DNA from: an archaeon GW2011_AR15
GTDB taxonomy: Archaea; Nanobdellota; Nanobdellia; Woesearchaeales; GW2011-AR15
Assembly: GCA_000830295.1 (NCBI GenBank)
Contig: CP010425.1
Location: 544,001 to 608,000, forward strand
Length of the DNA stretch: 64,000 bases
Reading direction: 5' to 3'
Position 1 is the stretch's first letter; each line of letters starts with the position of its first letter. Of the stretch, positions 19,221 to 29,791 are shown one piece after another. The position numbers and the translations under genes are program-made. The notes below the pieces were generated by a model. It was given only the letters and a program-made list of their open reading frames with translations, was not told where the DNA came from and did no database searches.

Positions 19221-19663
19221 TTTACGATTTTTTCAACAGTTTCAAGGCATTTTTTAAGAGTGTGAAAATCCTCAGTGATGCTGTCTATATCCACTTTTAT
19301 CTCTGCTTCATCAACAACAGAAGTCATTGTTACATGTCTCCTGAATTCGCTTGACTTGTCATGGGTTACTCTCCTGAGTTTCCTGAAAAGAAGGTATTTT
19401 TGTATGTTTTTGCGGATATCTTCTACATCATAATATTCAAGAACAGCATGAGCCTTGGCAATCGGGTTGCCCGGGATTTCTGCGATTTTTCCGTCATCAA
19501 ACGCCTTCTGCACAAGCGCATCAACAACAAACTCATAAGAATTTATCATCCTTTCAACAACACTGAGCAGCACATCGACCGTCCTCGTGTACTTCAGTGT
19601 CACATAGATAAGATGGTCAATCCTCTTTAATTCTTCTTTTGCATTTTCCAGGTTCTCTGTCAT
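19217..19663 (-). CDS. Conserved hypothetical helical protein
   Basis: AKEELKRIDHLIYVTL; coupled to neighbours by 4-nt overlaps. Confidence 0.7.
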   Translation of the reverse strand: MTENLENAKEELKRIDHLIYVTLKYTRTVDVLLSVVERMINSYEFVVDALVQKAFDDGKIAEIPGNPIAKAHAVLEYYDVEDIRKNIQKYLLFRKLRRVTHDKSSEFRRHVTMTSVVDEAEIKVDIDSITEDFHTLKKCLETVEKIVK

Positions 19664-20121
19664 TTTATCACTTTTTGCATTTCCTTCATGAGAAGCTTTC
19701 CTTTAATAATGTATTCCTTCAGTTTCTCCTTTGATATGATATTGAGCCTGTAATCCTCTGAGGCAAACACGAACCTGTCCTTCCTCACAAACTCAACATC
19801 AGATTCATTCTGGGTTTCCATGAACTGGTTGAGGTCATCCAGGAAATTATAGTATTCAATGTTTATCTTATGTTTCTTCATCACCGGCTTCACTGCTTCG
19901 AGAGCAGAGGGGAAATCACCAATAAATTCAGGAATTTTAAAATGTTTCGTTTCATAATGGAGCAAAGCAAGCACAAGGTTCTGCATTGACATGAAAAGAT
20001 TCTTGAAGACCAGTTTCAGGAGCTTTGGGTCCTGCACAATAGGGTAAGTCATTGTAAGCACATGGTCAGCAACCCTCATATACCTGATTGCGTTTTCCTT
20101 TGCTTCCTGATATTTTTCCAT
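19660..20121 (-). CDS. Conserved hypothetical helical protein, paralog of 19217-19663
   Basis: AIRYMRVADHVLTMTY...EFVRK parallels RIDHLIYVTL...EFRRH. Confidence 0.7.
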   Translation of the reverse strand: MEKYQEAKENAIRYMRVADHVLTMTYPIVQDPKLLKLVFKNLFMSMQNLVLALLHYETKHFKIPEFIGDFPSALEAVKPVMKKHKINIEYYNFLDDLNQFMETQNESDVEFVRKDRFVFASEDYRLNIISKEKLKEYIIKGKLLMKEMQKVIK

Positions 20122-20460
20122 TTATTTCTTCAAAGAGAGGATAGCCTCAGCCAGGTCTCCCCTGCTTTTTTCCAGCGCACTTTTTGCTTTTTCTTTTGAT
20201 ACGCCTGCCTGCTGCATGACTGTCTTTATGTCCTCTTCGCTTATTTCAGGCTCTTCCTCTGCAGCCCTTCTCTCTTCCTGTCCGCTTATCTGATAAGAGC
20301 TTTGCCCAGAAATCTTTATTTTCTGCACAGAAGGATTCCTTATGATTATATCTTCCTTTTTTGTCCTTATTATTACAGCAACAGCATCTATGTCTTCCTG
20401 CTCCATCCCAAGCTTCTTCATGGCCTGCTGCATCTGCTTTGGATTCATGCCCGGGAACAT
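20122..20460 (-). CDS. nac: Nascent polypeptide-associated complex protein
   Basis: MFPGMNPKQMQQAMKKLGM, UBA-like end EEDIKTVMQQAGVS...GDLAEAIL. Confidence 0.97.
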   Translation of the reverse strand: MFPGMNPKQMQQAMKKLGMEQEDIDAVAVIIRTKKEDIIIRNPSVQKIKISGQSSYQISGQEERRAAEEEPEISEEDIKTVMQQAGVSKEKAKSALEKSRGDLAEAILSLKK

Positions 20461-20531
20461 AGTGTAAAAAAGAAATCAAGCCAATTTTAAAAAGATTATT
20501 GAAAATTGTTAGGTTTTACAATTTTTAATCC

Positions 20532-20549
20532 CGAAAACTATAGTTTTCG
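20532..20549. repeat. 18-bp perfect palindrome
   Basis: CGAAAACTATAGTTTTCG in intergenic region upstream of nac. Confidence 0.7.
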
Positions 20550-20599
20550 TTATTATTAAAGAGGGGAAAAATAAAGAAAAATTAACTTTTTCCGCCTTT

Positions 20600-20941
20600 C
20601 TAGTAATCTCTTATTATGGCATCATCAAGCGACCGGATAAGCAGTGGAAGGCTCAGCTCGTGCATTCCGATTATGCTGCCGACAACAGGGACATATCCTT
20701 TCGGAAGGTGCTCATAGAGATTCGGGATTTCTTCCCTCCAGGGGTCCACATAATAATAATGGTTCTGATTGTGGATTATGTCTATGTTGACCATGTACTT
20801 ATTTCCTTCCTGATACGGCTCTATGCTTCTCACAATAAAAGCCTCAAAAGGCCCGCTTTCTTTATACCCGACGCCGTAAAGCTCGTTCATCGAGTCCAGC
20901 AGTTTATGTAATCCCATTTTCATTTCTTCATCAAGTTTCAT
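20600..20941 (-). CDS. Hypothetical protein
   Basis: AGGAGG SD upstream of ATG 20941; no recognised motif. Confidence 0.55.
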   Translation of the reverse strand: MKLDEEMKMGLHKLLDSMNELYGVGYKESGPFEAFIVRSIEPYQEGNKYMVNIDIIHNQNHYYYVDPWREEIPNLYEHLPKGYVPVVGSIIGMHELSLPLLIRSLDDAIIRDY

Positions 20942-21206
20942 TTTACATTCCTCCTTGTATAGGTTTATGCAGGCTCCAGACAAATCACACTACAGGTTAA
21001 GGGAAACTAAGAAACAATGCTGCACTTATGCAGCCGTAGCCGTAGAGAAAACACTTGCAGAATCTGATATTTTTTGATTCCCCATTGGCATTCAATAAGA
21101 GAAGCTGACGTAATATTTAAACATAATGGCCAATCTATATTACTCTAATTTTATATATAACTTCTTTTTACCACTTAAAAAAAGTAAATCTTATGGAGGA
21201 ATTAAA

Positions 21207-21614
21207 ATGAGCAAAACAATTGAATACGTTGTCAAAGGAGAAGGCAGCACAGTAAAGAAAGCTGAAGCAGAGCTTAAAAGAGATCTTTCAGCAGCAATAA
21301 AGAAATTCGGCAAAGAATTTGGAGAGCTTGAACATGTCTCTCTTTACGTTGCAGAAGCAAAAATAAACGGAGAGCCACATAAGGCACACCTAGTGGAAGG
21401 GACATTTGAAGGGCCAAACTATACAACACTCGAATCAAAGATGGAGACAGCATTTAACAGCGAAGGGTATAAGATTGGCAAAATTTCAGTGGCACAGACA
21501 TACATGGTTCCGGAGGAGATGTATAATGCAGCAGTAAAGCCAAAATCACCAACAGCATATGCTGCTCCACAAAAGCCAAGCATTACTGATACCATTATAG
21601 ACATATTAAAGTAG
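21207..21614 (+). CDS. Hypothetical protein
   Basis: GGAGG SD and TTTATATA box upstream of ATG 21207. Confidence 0.7.
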   Translation: MSKTIEYVVKGEGSTVKKAEAELKRDLSAAIKKFGKEFGELEHVSLYVAEAKINGEPHKAHLVEGTFEGPNYTTLESKMETAFNSEGYKIGKISVAQTYMVPEEMYNAAVKPKSPTAYAAPQKPSITDTIIDILK

Positions 21615-21627
21615 TAAAGGAAACAAA

Positions 21628-23199
21628 ATGCCCTTTCCCCAGGAAACTGTAGATAAAGCCAGAGCCATAGCTCATGAATATTCCATAAGAGACAAATCTA
21701 AGCTTAATCAGGCAAAGCGGCTTTTCGACGGGGAATTTCTTCATATTAATTACGGCTTTGAAGATGCCATAAGGCAGGGCAGATGCGGCCATTATCTCCA
21801 TCAGGTCCAGAGAGATGCAGACTGCTTTTCCCTGGCAGGCATTAATTATATTATTGCAAAGGAGGCAGGTCTGAAGCCCAGAATATGGTGGGTTACTGAA
21901 ATGAGGGATGTTTTTCAGGAAGATAAATCAGATGACCAGCCGATAAGTGATCATTCTTTTATAACTGTAGAGGCTAAAGGAAAAACATATCTGAATGATC
22001 CATTCTACAGCACATTTGCAGAAATAAAATTTGAGCCCGGAAGAATAATAATTTTCGGGAAAGACGATCTATACGGGAAAATCATCAGGACAAGGCTCTA
22101 TAAAACGATGAAGGAAATTGGCGAAGAAGAATATGTAGAAATGATGGACAGGCACCAGTCCCCTGAATACGGAAAGGAAGTGCTCAGAGCAGGCCAGGTT
22201 GTCCATAATTTCGGCAAGAGAGTAGCATTACAGCTGCTGCCTCAGGACGAACTGGCATCAGCAGCCATATATTCTGTTGACACTCCGCTTTATGAGAAGA
22301 CGCCGAATATCGAAGAAGTATATATGTTAAAGGGAGGAGTGCATAAAGACGGAACTTGGAAATACGAAGACGGGGAAGTTGTAACATATTTTGCGAAAAG
22401 CGCAGGGTGGCTGCTTGAGCAGCATCAGCTTAAGCATATGCAGATAGTTCTGCCCTATTCAGCTGTCATGTCATATATTGAAAACCTTAGGCAGGCATCA
22501 GAATTCTCAGGAAGGAGAACTCCCCTCCACCGGCTATACTCAAAAAACAAGCTGCTTTATTTCAGGGAAAGAGGATTTAGTGTTACAGGAGAAATCACAA
22601 AAGAAAACGGCGTTGATGCCAAAAAACATCAGCAGCTCCTGGAAGAGATTGTCAATAACGGGCTTGTTTCGTTTGGAAGGGAGCCTGAAGAAGCGATGCC
22701 CTTCATCCACCAGTACAGCAGCTATACAGCACAAAACATTGCAGCAATGTGCGAGGCAAACCCGCACGGATTTGTCTATTCTGAGGATATGAGGGACAAT
22801 TTCATAGAGCAGAGTCTTGAGCCAACAGGAGCATTGTTTGAGGAAGGGGGGAGGAAAATCTGGGGGGTTATACTGGCCAAGTCAGGCCTGGCATCAGGCC
22901 TCAAGGAAAAGCAGAGAGACCTGATCAGATACAAGTTTAACACCAAAGATAATTTTATTGAAAAATTTGCGGGAGCCCTTAGGGAACGCAGAGACAACAT
23001 ACATGCATTTGAGGGAGTAATTGATTTTGCGCTTTTCCAGAGAGACAATCCCATGGGAAAAATTACTGCAACAGGAGAAGAACAGATGCAAACGTACAGG
23101 CATATAGTCCACACAAGAATGATTGACCTCTCAAAAATACTCAGGGTTCTTGAGGTTAGACAGTTTCAGCATGGCCTCAAAAAAATATTGGCTGCATGA
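21628..23199 (+). CDS. Protein with N-terminal transglutaminase/papain-like Cys-His-Asp domain
   Basis: ADCFSLAG, DHSFITVE, YLNDPFY spacing typical of the TGase/NAT fold. Confidence 0.6.
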   Translation: MPFPQETVDKARAIAHEYSIRDKSKLNQAKRLFDGEFLHINYGFEDAIRQGRCGHYLHQVQRDADCFSLAGINYIIAKEAGLKPRIWWVTEMRDVFQEDKSDDQPISDHSFITVEAKGKTYLNDPFYSTFAEIKFEPGRIIIFGKDDLYGKIIRTRLYKTMKEIGEEEYVEMMDRHQSPEYGKEVLRAGQVVHNFGKRVALQLLPQDELASAAIYSVDTPLYEKTPNIEEVYMLKGGVHKDGTWKYEDGEVVTYFAKSAGWLLEQHQLKHMQIVLPYSAVMSYIENLRQASEFSGRRTPLHRLYSKNKLLYFRERGFSVTGEITKENGVDAKKHQQLLEEIVNNGLVSFGREPEEAMPFIHQYSSYTAQNIAAMCEANPHGFVYSEDMRDNFIEQSLEPTGALFEEGGRKIWGVILAKSGLASGLKEKQRDLIRYKFNTKDNFIEKFAGALRERRDNIHAFEGVIDFALFQRDNPMGKITATGEEQMQTYRHIVHTRMIDLSKILRVLEVRQFQHGLKKILAA

Positions 23200-24321
23200 C
23201 TATATCAACTTTTTTAATTCTCTGAAAGGGAAATACTTTGCATATTTCATAAGTGACGGTCTCGCAGCAATTATTTTTATTATCATGCTGACAATCCTGT
23301 CCCTGCTCTCATCATGCAGTATTTTCTTCATTTTACTGCTGGAGAAAGTCCCTATCAAATCATTCCAGTCTGTTGCAGTGAACCTCTGGTGCATCCTGTG
23401 GGCGAGAAGGTGGACATATAGGTTCAGGAACATCTGTTTTCTCCATTCTTTGTCATAATCCAGTTCTTTGTCAACGCATTCTGCCAGTATAATGGCTGCC
23501 TTTAGGCTCTGGTTTATGCCGCCTCCTGAAGTTGCCTTGACAAAAGTTGCGGCATCCCCTAGGATATATACATTGTCTTTCTGCGCCCTTACTTTTGGGT
23601 TGAAGACAGGGATTACTCCGGACTGATTCTCTATGGTTCTTTTATTATAGTCTTTTCCTATCTTTTTCATGGCAAATTTTTTGAAAAGTGCCATTGAATT
23701 CTTATAGGATGCCACTCCGATCCTTACAGTTTCTGGGTCAACAGGCACTATCCAGGCATAGCAGCCGATATACGGGTAAAACTCAACAATATTGTTATTT
23801 TTCATCTTCGCCTCTATCTGCGTGCCTATGACAAATTCCCGCCCTTCAAACAGGCCTGCTGCTTTTGCGACTTTGCTTAATGGACCGTCTGCGCCAATCA
23901 GGACATCTGCTTCTGACTCTATTGCTTTGCCCCTGCAAGATATTTCTGAAATTATTTTCTTCCCGTTTTTCCTGAAAGAATTAAAGCTGTGGCTGAGATG
24001 GTATTCTGCCCCTGCACTTTCAGCCATCTTTGCAAGATAGCTGTCAAACTTTTTTCGGCAGACAACATAATTCTTTTTTATTCCTGCATTGACAAATTTT
24101 CCGTTCGGAGAAAATATTTTTGTCCTTTCCACAGTATTCAGCACGAAATCTTTTTTCGGCTCAAATATAGTCAGGAAATAATCACTCAGGATTCCAGTGC
24201 ACTGCACCGGAGGGCCGACAACAGGATTTTTTTCATATACACTCACAGAATGGCCTTTCTTTGCCAGAAGATATGCGGTATAGTTTCCGGCCGGACCAGC
24301 GCCTATGATATCAATTTTCAT
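23200..24321 (-). CDS. Geranylgeranyl reductase family FAD oxidoreductase
   Basis: IIGAGPAG, VQCTG, IGADG, YAWIVP, LGDAATFVKATSGGGI. Confidence 0.9.
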   Translation of the reverse strand: MKIDIIGAGPAGNYTAYLLAKKGHSVSVYEKNPVVGPPVQCTGILSDYFLTIFEPKKDFVLNTVERTKIFSPNGKFVNAGIKKNYVVCRKKFDSYLAKMAESAGAEYHLSHSFNSFRKNGKKIISEISCRGKAIESEADVLIGADGPLSKVAKAAGLFEGREFVIGTQIEAKMKNNNIVEFYPYIGCYAWIVPVDPETVRIGVASYKNSMALFKKFAMKKIGKDYNKRTIENQSGVIPVFNPKVRAQKDNVYILGDAATFVKATSGGGINQSLKAAIILAECVDKELDYDKEWRKQMFLNLYVHLLAHRMHQRFTATDWNDLIGTFSSSKMKKILHDESRDRIVSMIIKIIAARPSLMKYAKYFPFRELKKLI

Positions 24322-24447
24322 TCCGGAAATGAAAGCTTCCAATTATATATAACTAGTTTACTACTAATAAATAACTACAAATAGAAAACTTTAAATATTG
24401 TTTGTAGTTACCACGCGGTAGTTATTTGAATAACGAGAGGAATATCC

Positions 24448-25215
24448 ATGGGAAACTTATACAAAACAGCTGCTTCAGTTTTTCTAATAGCGAGTCTTGG
24501 CCTGGCAGGGTGCGTGCGCTCTGCAGGCAGTTCATCTGTACCTACACAAAATTCTCCAACATCAACTATTGGGAATACCCTGACATCAACTCCAACATCA
24601 ACTTACTCTCCAACACCAGTTCTAATGCCGACCAGGGTATATGAAGACAGGGGCGTCATCAAAGTGTACAAATGCGATGACCTTAACAGGAACGCAATGT
24701 GCGACCCAGGGGAATACCCATCAGGATACCAGCTTGAGCTTAACGGCCAGCCATTTGTCCTGCCGCCATTTTCAGAAATTGAGGGTATAATACACTCAGC
24801 AGGAATGGACATTCCTTATGTCCAGCAGGGAGGAGTTCTTTACCTATATGTAGAGCCAGGAACATACAACTTCAGAGACCCGATATACGCAGGATGGATC
24901 AGGATATCTCCGAATGAATTTGAGATGAGAACTGTTACAGACGAAGATGCAAACCTTGAGAGGCTTGTAAACCCGCCAGTTGTTTTTGTCAATATGCAGG
25001 TAGGAGCATCGGCAACGCCTACACCTACAGTCCCTTATGTGCTGCCAACATATACCCCGACTCCACAGAATACTCCGCAGAAAACACCTCAGAAAACACC
25101 AACACCACAGCACCCTACAAATACACCGCCTCCTCCGCCTACTAACACCCCTCCGCCTCCACCAGCTACATCAACTCCAATAGACATAGTTTTCCCAACA
25201 CCTAATGATCCGTAA
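24448..25215 (+). CDS. Lipoprotein with Pro/Thr-rich linkers
   Basis: Lipobox LGLAGC; EF-loop-like DDLNRNAMCDPGE; PQKT and PTNTPPPP repeats. Confidence 0.75.
   Translation: MGNLYKTAASVFLIASLGLAGCVRSAGSSSVPTQNSPTSTIGNTLTSTPTSTYSPTPVLMPTRVYEDRGVIKVYKCDDLNRNAMCDPGEYPSGYQLELNGQPFVLPPFSEIEGIIHSAGMDIPYVQQGGVLYLYVEPGTYNFRDPIYAGWIRISPNEFEMRTVTDEDANLERLVNPPVVFVNMQVGASATPTPTVPYVLPTYTPTPQNTPQKTPQKTPTPQHPTNTPPPPPTNTPPPPPATSTPIDIVFPTPNDP
25060..25185 (+). repeat. Coding low-complexity Pro/Thr repeats
   Basis: PTPQNTPQKTPQKTPTPQHPTNTPPPPPTNTPPPPPATSTP. Confidence 0.7.
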
Positions 25216-25280
25216 GGAGAAAAGTATGAAAATCAAAAAACAATTTTCAAATTTCAAAAACACGGGGTGTTTTTAAAAAA

Positions 25281-27221
25281 ATGAAAAAGACAACAATGCT
25301 GTTTACAATCTTTTTGATACTCGCGGCAGCTTTTGCATTTGCAGCATATACAGTCAACTGGACAATAAATGGCAATATGCCATTCCATGCAAGGGCATAT
25401 CTTTGCCCGGGCGGTATATGTTCAGAAAGCACAGCAACACTGGTCCAGAACGGTTTCGGCACCAGCTCACTAAAGCTGAATTTCTCAAGCGCAGGCGCTT
25501 CAGACAGGTATGCAATATTCATCTATCCGGAAGATGCATGCCATGTTCCTACAGCAATCCATGTGGATTTTTCAGGATCAGGAAACACAACAAGCAACGT
25601 ATCATTTTACAAGCAGGGCAGCACTACTTGCGGCTCCAATGTTAATTTTACAACTGTTTCAGATTCAAGCATAACTCTTGGAGATTCAGTTACTGTTACC
25701 TCCCAGCTCCAGGGAGCATGGGGATTTGCAGACCCTCTGGTTAATTTTACACCTAACGCAATAGCATCATACTACCAGTCAACTGTGGATGTTAATTTCA
25801 GCGCCAATGGCGCAGTCCTGGATTCAGATCAGATAATTATAGAATGGGAAGACCAGTGGGAAACAGTATCCTACAATTTTACACCCAATGCAACAGGAAA
25901 CTACACGCTGAGAATAGCCACAAAGATGGACAATGAATGCAAGTGCAACGGAAGCAATTACAAATATCAGGAAGTAGTAGTTGAGGTTACCCCCTCGGCA
26001 TGCGTTGATGAATGTGTACTGGGCGAATATTGTACAAACAACACCGCCATGGAGTGCGGCAACTTTGACTCAGACTCATGCCTGGAATTGAATATAATTG
26101 AAGTCTGCGGAAACTCAACAACAGACATATCATGTATAGGTGGCAATGTAACAGAAGTATTTACAAATTCAACATGTGTGGTAAGCTCAGGCAATGCTTT
26201 TTGCGATGATGTTGTAAATACAACAGTAATAGAAAGCTGCGGCCTTGATTTCTGCATAGAATACACCGATAAGGACCCTGAGATACTGGAATATGTCCAT
26301 GATGAGAACACATGCTCGCCCTCAACGCTGATGTGCGTTTATGATCCGGGAGACGTATATGACTTCTGCCTGTCATCTGATATACTTATGCAGGCAGTCT
26401 GTGTAGGGGATGACAATGACTTTGAAGCCTATGACTGCAACAGTCTTGACGGATGCTATCCCTTTGATATACCAGACAGCGGCTCATGCAGCTGCCCTTA
26501 CGGAGGATGCAGCCAGCCATGCCAGGAGCCACAGACAACAGGCATGCTGTACAGGAATTACTCATGCGGCGCAGGAGCATGCTCATATGTGAACCTTTCA
26601 ATGGTAGATTCAGATTCAGATTTTGTAGATGACAGGTGCGATGCCTGCCTGGACGTAGACCACGACGGGGCATGCGACTCAGTGGACAACTGCCCCCTTA
26701 TAAGCAACCCGACACAGGTTGATTCAGACGGGGACGGGCTTGGAAACGCATGCGACGAAGATAAAGACAGTGACGGATATCCTGCAGGACTTGACTGCAA
26801 TGACTGGAACGCAGATGTTCACCCCGGAGCTCCGGAAATACCGAATAACGGAAGGGATGATGACTGCAATCCATTTACAGATGACAAGGGAACTGCTGAG
26901 CCAAGGCAGATATTATACATAGACACAATCTATGATGAAACACTTATGCAGCCGGGCAGGGACTTTGTTGTAGTGGTTTCAGTGACAAATACAGGCAAGC
27001 ACAGGCTGGAAGATGTCAAGATAGAGGTAAGCATGCCAGGATTCCAGGAAAGGCAGTCTACGCTGCTTGGAGACCTCAGGTCAGCTGAAACAGAATCAAG
27101 GCAGTTCATTATATCACTGCCTGACAAATTCACCACAGAATATGAATACCTGAGAATAACTGTCAGCAATGATGACTACAGCAGAAAAGTCTACAGGGAG
27201 CTTAAGCTTCCACCCCAATAG
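25281..27221 (+). CDS. Secreted Cys-rich protein with thrombospondin type-3-like and MopE-like Ca/metal-binding repeats, C-terminal Ig/CARDB-like domain
   Basis: Signal peptide; [24 protein letters not shown]; [26 protein letters not shown]; VSVTNTG. Confidence 0.8.
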   Translation: MKKTTMLFTIFLILAAAFAFAAYTVNWTINGNMPFHARAYLCPGGICSESTATLVQNGFGTSSLKLNFSSAGASDRYAIFIYPEDACHVPTAIHVDFSGSGNTTSNVSFYKQGSTTCGSNVNFTTVSDSSITLGDSVTVTSQLQGAWGFADPLVNFTPNAIASYYQSTVDVNFSANGAVLDSDQIIIEWEDQWETVSYNFTPNATGNYTLRIATKMDNECKCNGSNYKYQEVVVEVTPSACVDECVLGEYCTNNTAMECGNFDSDSCLELNIIEVCGNSTTDISCIGGNVTEVFTNSTCVVSSGNAFCDDVVNTTVIESCGLDFCIEYTDKDPEILEYVHDENTCSPSTLMCVYDPGDVYDFCLSSDILMQAVCVGDDNDFEAYDCNSLDGCYPFDIPDSGSCSCPYGGCSQPCQEPQTTGMLYRNYSCGAGACSYVNLSMVDSDSDFVDDRCDACLDVDHDGACDSVDNCPLISNPTQVDSDGDGLGNACDEDKDSDGYPAGLDCNDWNADVHPGAPEIPNNGRDDDCNPFTDDKGTAEPRQILYIDTIYDETLMQPGRDFVVVVSVTNTGKHRLEDVKIEVSMPGFQERQSTLLGDLRSAETESRQFIISLPDKFTTEYEYLRITVSNDDYSRKVYRELKLPPQ

Positions 27222-27361
27222 TCATTTAAGAATGGTTACAAATAGTATTCACTTACAAATGCTAATATAAACGAAAGCTTTAAATATTAGCTCAGAGTCA
27301 TTCAAACTTAGACATCCTGTTATAGGATTGCAAAACAAAAAACTCGAGGAGGAAAGCAAAA

Positions 27362-28696
27362 ATGAAAATAAAAAGCATGATGCTTATAGTAATGACGTTA
27401 GTTCTAGCTATAGTAAGCATGTTCGCAGTAAGTGCTGCTACAAACGACACACCCTGCTGCGGAGATCCGGCAAATACATCAAAACTTGATGTGGCTGAAT
27501 GCCTGGTAGAAGTTAACGGCAGAGCTGTATACAATGACGTCACAGTTCTGAAAGCATTCGACAGAGGAGAAGAACTTGAAATTGAAGTGGAGTTCGTATC
27601 TCTACAGGATGCTGAAGATGTTCAGGTAGTTGTCTTTATGACAGGTTATCACAGGGGACACAAATTCACAGACGATGTTTTCGACATGACACCATCATTT
27701 GATGTAGAGGCAAATGTGTCATACAAAAAGACACTTCACTTGAAGCTGCCAGATGATTTCGAGCTTGACACAGGCGACGAGCTTAAGTTGAGGCTGGAAA
27801 TATCAGACAAGTACGCAAGCTCACACATCAGGGAATACAACCTTAAAGTGGAAGCACTTAGGGAAAGTGTCATAATACAGGACATAATCCTAGACCCTGC
27901 TGACAGAGTTCAGGCAGGAAGGGGTCTGTTTGCTGCAGTAAGAGTCAAGAACATGGGAGAAGACACAGAAGAAAGCCTTAGGGTTGAAGTGTCAATGCCG
28001 GACCTTGGCATAAAAGCAACAGAATATATTGATGAGCTTGATTCAGATGAAGCAACAACTTCTGAAGACTTGTTCCTCAGGCTGCCAGCATGCGCTGAGC
28101 CAGGAACATACAGTGTTGAGGCAACAGTCACATACGCTGATGGCGATGAGTCTGTTACAGCAGAGACAACAATAGAAGTTGGCGAAGATCCAAGCTGCCC
28201 ATTATCAGGCGGTTCAGACAAGACAGTAGTTACTGTCCCTGGAAAACAGGATGTTGTTAAAGGTTCTGCAGGAAGCGTTTACCCAATAATGCTTCAGAAC
28301 ACAGGCGCAACAGACAGGTCATACGAGCTGTCAGTCTCAGGCCTATCATGGGGAACCTACAGATTCGACCCTGGAGCACTAGTACTGCTTAGGTCAGGAG
28401 AAACAAAAACAGTTTACCTGTACGTAGCAGCAAACGATGATGCACCAGAAGGCGAACAGGTCTTCAAGGTAACAGTTGAAACTTCAGGCGACGAGAAAGA
28501 AATTGCTCTTACAGCAAATGTTGTCGCTGGTGAATCTTCAGGCCTAGGCGGCTTTGGCGATGTCAGGAAAGCCCTGGAAGTCGGAGTTATAGTATTGATA
28601 GTACTCCTGATTGTACTGGGACTTATCATTGGCTTCAACAAGCTTAAGGGAAACGAAGGAGAGCCGGAAGAAGTTTCAGGCCAGACATACTATTAA
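27362..28696 (+). CDS. Cell-surface (S-layer-like) protein with CARDB/Ig-like domains and C-terminal TM anchor
   Basis: Signal peptide, VRVKNMG, PGTYSVEATVTY, LQNTG, TM plus GQTYY tail; strong GAGGAGG SD. Confidence 0.75.
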   Translation: MKIKSMMLIVMTLVLAIVSMFAVSAATNDTPCCGDPANTSKLDVAECLVEVNGRAVYNDVTVLKAFDRGEELEIEVEFVSLQDAEDVQVVVFMTGYHRGHKFTDDVFDMTPSFDVEANVSYKKTLHLKLPDDFELDTGDELKLRLEISDKYASSHIREYNLKVEALRESVIIQDIILDPADRVQAGRGLFAAVRVKNMGEDTEESLRVEVSMPDLGIKATEYIDELDSDEATTSEDLFLRLPACAEPGTYSVEATVTYADGDESVTAETTIEVGEDPSCPLSGGSDKTVVTVPGKQDVVKGSAGSVYPIMLQNTGATDRSYELSVSGLSWGTYRFDPGALVLLRSGETKTVYLYVAANDDAPEGEQVFKVTVETSGDEKEIALTANVVAGESSGLGGFGDVRKALEVGVIVLIVLLIVLGLIIGFNKLKGNEGEPEEVSGQTYY

Positions 28697-28762
28697 TTTA
28701 TTTTTTTTACTTAATTTTATTAATTTATTATTAGCTATTGATACAACAGAGGGGAGAGAGAG

Positions 28763-29791
28763 TTGACAAGCAAAAAACTGCTATTGGTTCTTTTCCTTAG
28801 TATAATTGCTCTTGGTATAGTCAGTGCCCAGTCAGCAGAGCAGAATACCCACGAGTTCGTTGTCAATAAATATTATCCGCCGACAGTTGTAAGGCAGGAG
28901 ATAGTTGTAGTAGAAAAGCAGCCTGAAGTGCAGGAGAGAATGCAGGAGATTATAATCACTCCTGATAAATATGAATACACAATTGATTCATGTGATGCAG
29001 CACAAATATCCTTTCTATTAACCAACCCAGGCACAGAATCGCACATATACACTTTCAGCGTTGAGGATTTTGTCGGAGAAGCAAGAATTCCCGCTGATTT
29101 GACATTAGGGGGAAAAGATTCACTTACTGTCAATTTTGAGCTGACGCCAAAGTGCGGCTCAAGCGGGGATTTCAATCCAAAGCTTATAGTTGAGACAATC
29201 AATGAGAAAGCAACATTCCCTGTACTGCTGCATGTGAACGAAGTCGACCTTCTGGATGAGGAAGACTGCAGCTTCTATTTCAATGAGACAGTATGCAGAT
29301 CAGATGCATATGTAAAGATACTTCAGGGCTCAACATATGTTGTTGATTTGTCAGCAATCTTCTATGACCCTGACGGGGATAGGCTCAGGTATAGCGTTGA
29401 ATACAGCGGAGCAGTTAATAAGGTATGGATATGGGGAAATAAGGCAAGATTAAAGCCAAGGTTTGACTGGTATGGTAAAGAAGAGATTGTATTTGTAGCA
29501 AATGACGGGAAAGGCGGAAGGGCAGAATCAAGGAAAATTTTCCTTCACGTTGTTCCCAATCACAGATCCTACCTGCAGAACTTCCTTGCAGCATATTTTG
29601 TTCCATTGCTTGCATTCCTTGCAATTGTGATTGCAGCAGCCGCGGTGTTCCTTTATGTCAAAAACAGGAGAAAGGAAAGGGAAGAGAAGCAGAGAGAGGA
29701 AAAGCTAAAGCTGAAGGCAGAAAGAGAAGCTGCCAGGGCTGCACGGAAGAGCCAGGCTGCAAAAAAAGCGAACAGAAAGAAGTCTAAATAG
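28763..29791 (+). CDS. Secreted Ig-like protein with C-terminal TM and basic tail
   Basis: FYDPDGDRLRY...FVANDGKGG cadherin/Big-like motif; TTG start after GAGGGG. Confidence 0.7.
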   Translation: MTSKKLLLVLFLSIIALGIVSAQSAEQNTHEFVVNKYYPPTVVRQEIVVVEKQPEVQERMQEIIITPDKYEYTIDSCDAAQISFLLTNPGTESHIYTFSVEDFVGEARIPADLTLGGKDSLTVNFELTPKCGSSGDFNPKLIVETINEKATFPVLLHVNEVDLLDEEDCSFYFNETVCRSDAYVKILQGSTYVVDLSAIFYDPDGDRLRYSVEYSGAVNKVWIWGNKARLKPRFDWYGKEEIVFVANDGKGGRAESRKIFLHVVPNHRSYLQNFLAAYFVPLLAFLAIVIAAAAVFLYVKNRRKEREEKQREEKLKLKAEREAARAARKSQAAKKANRKKSK

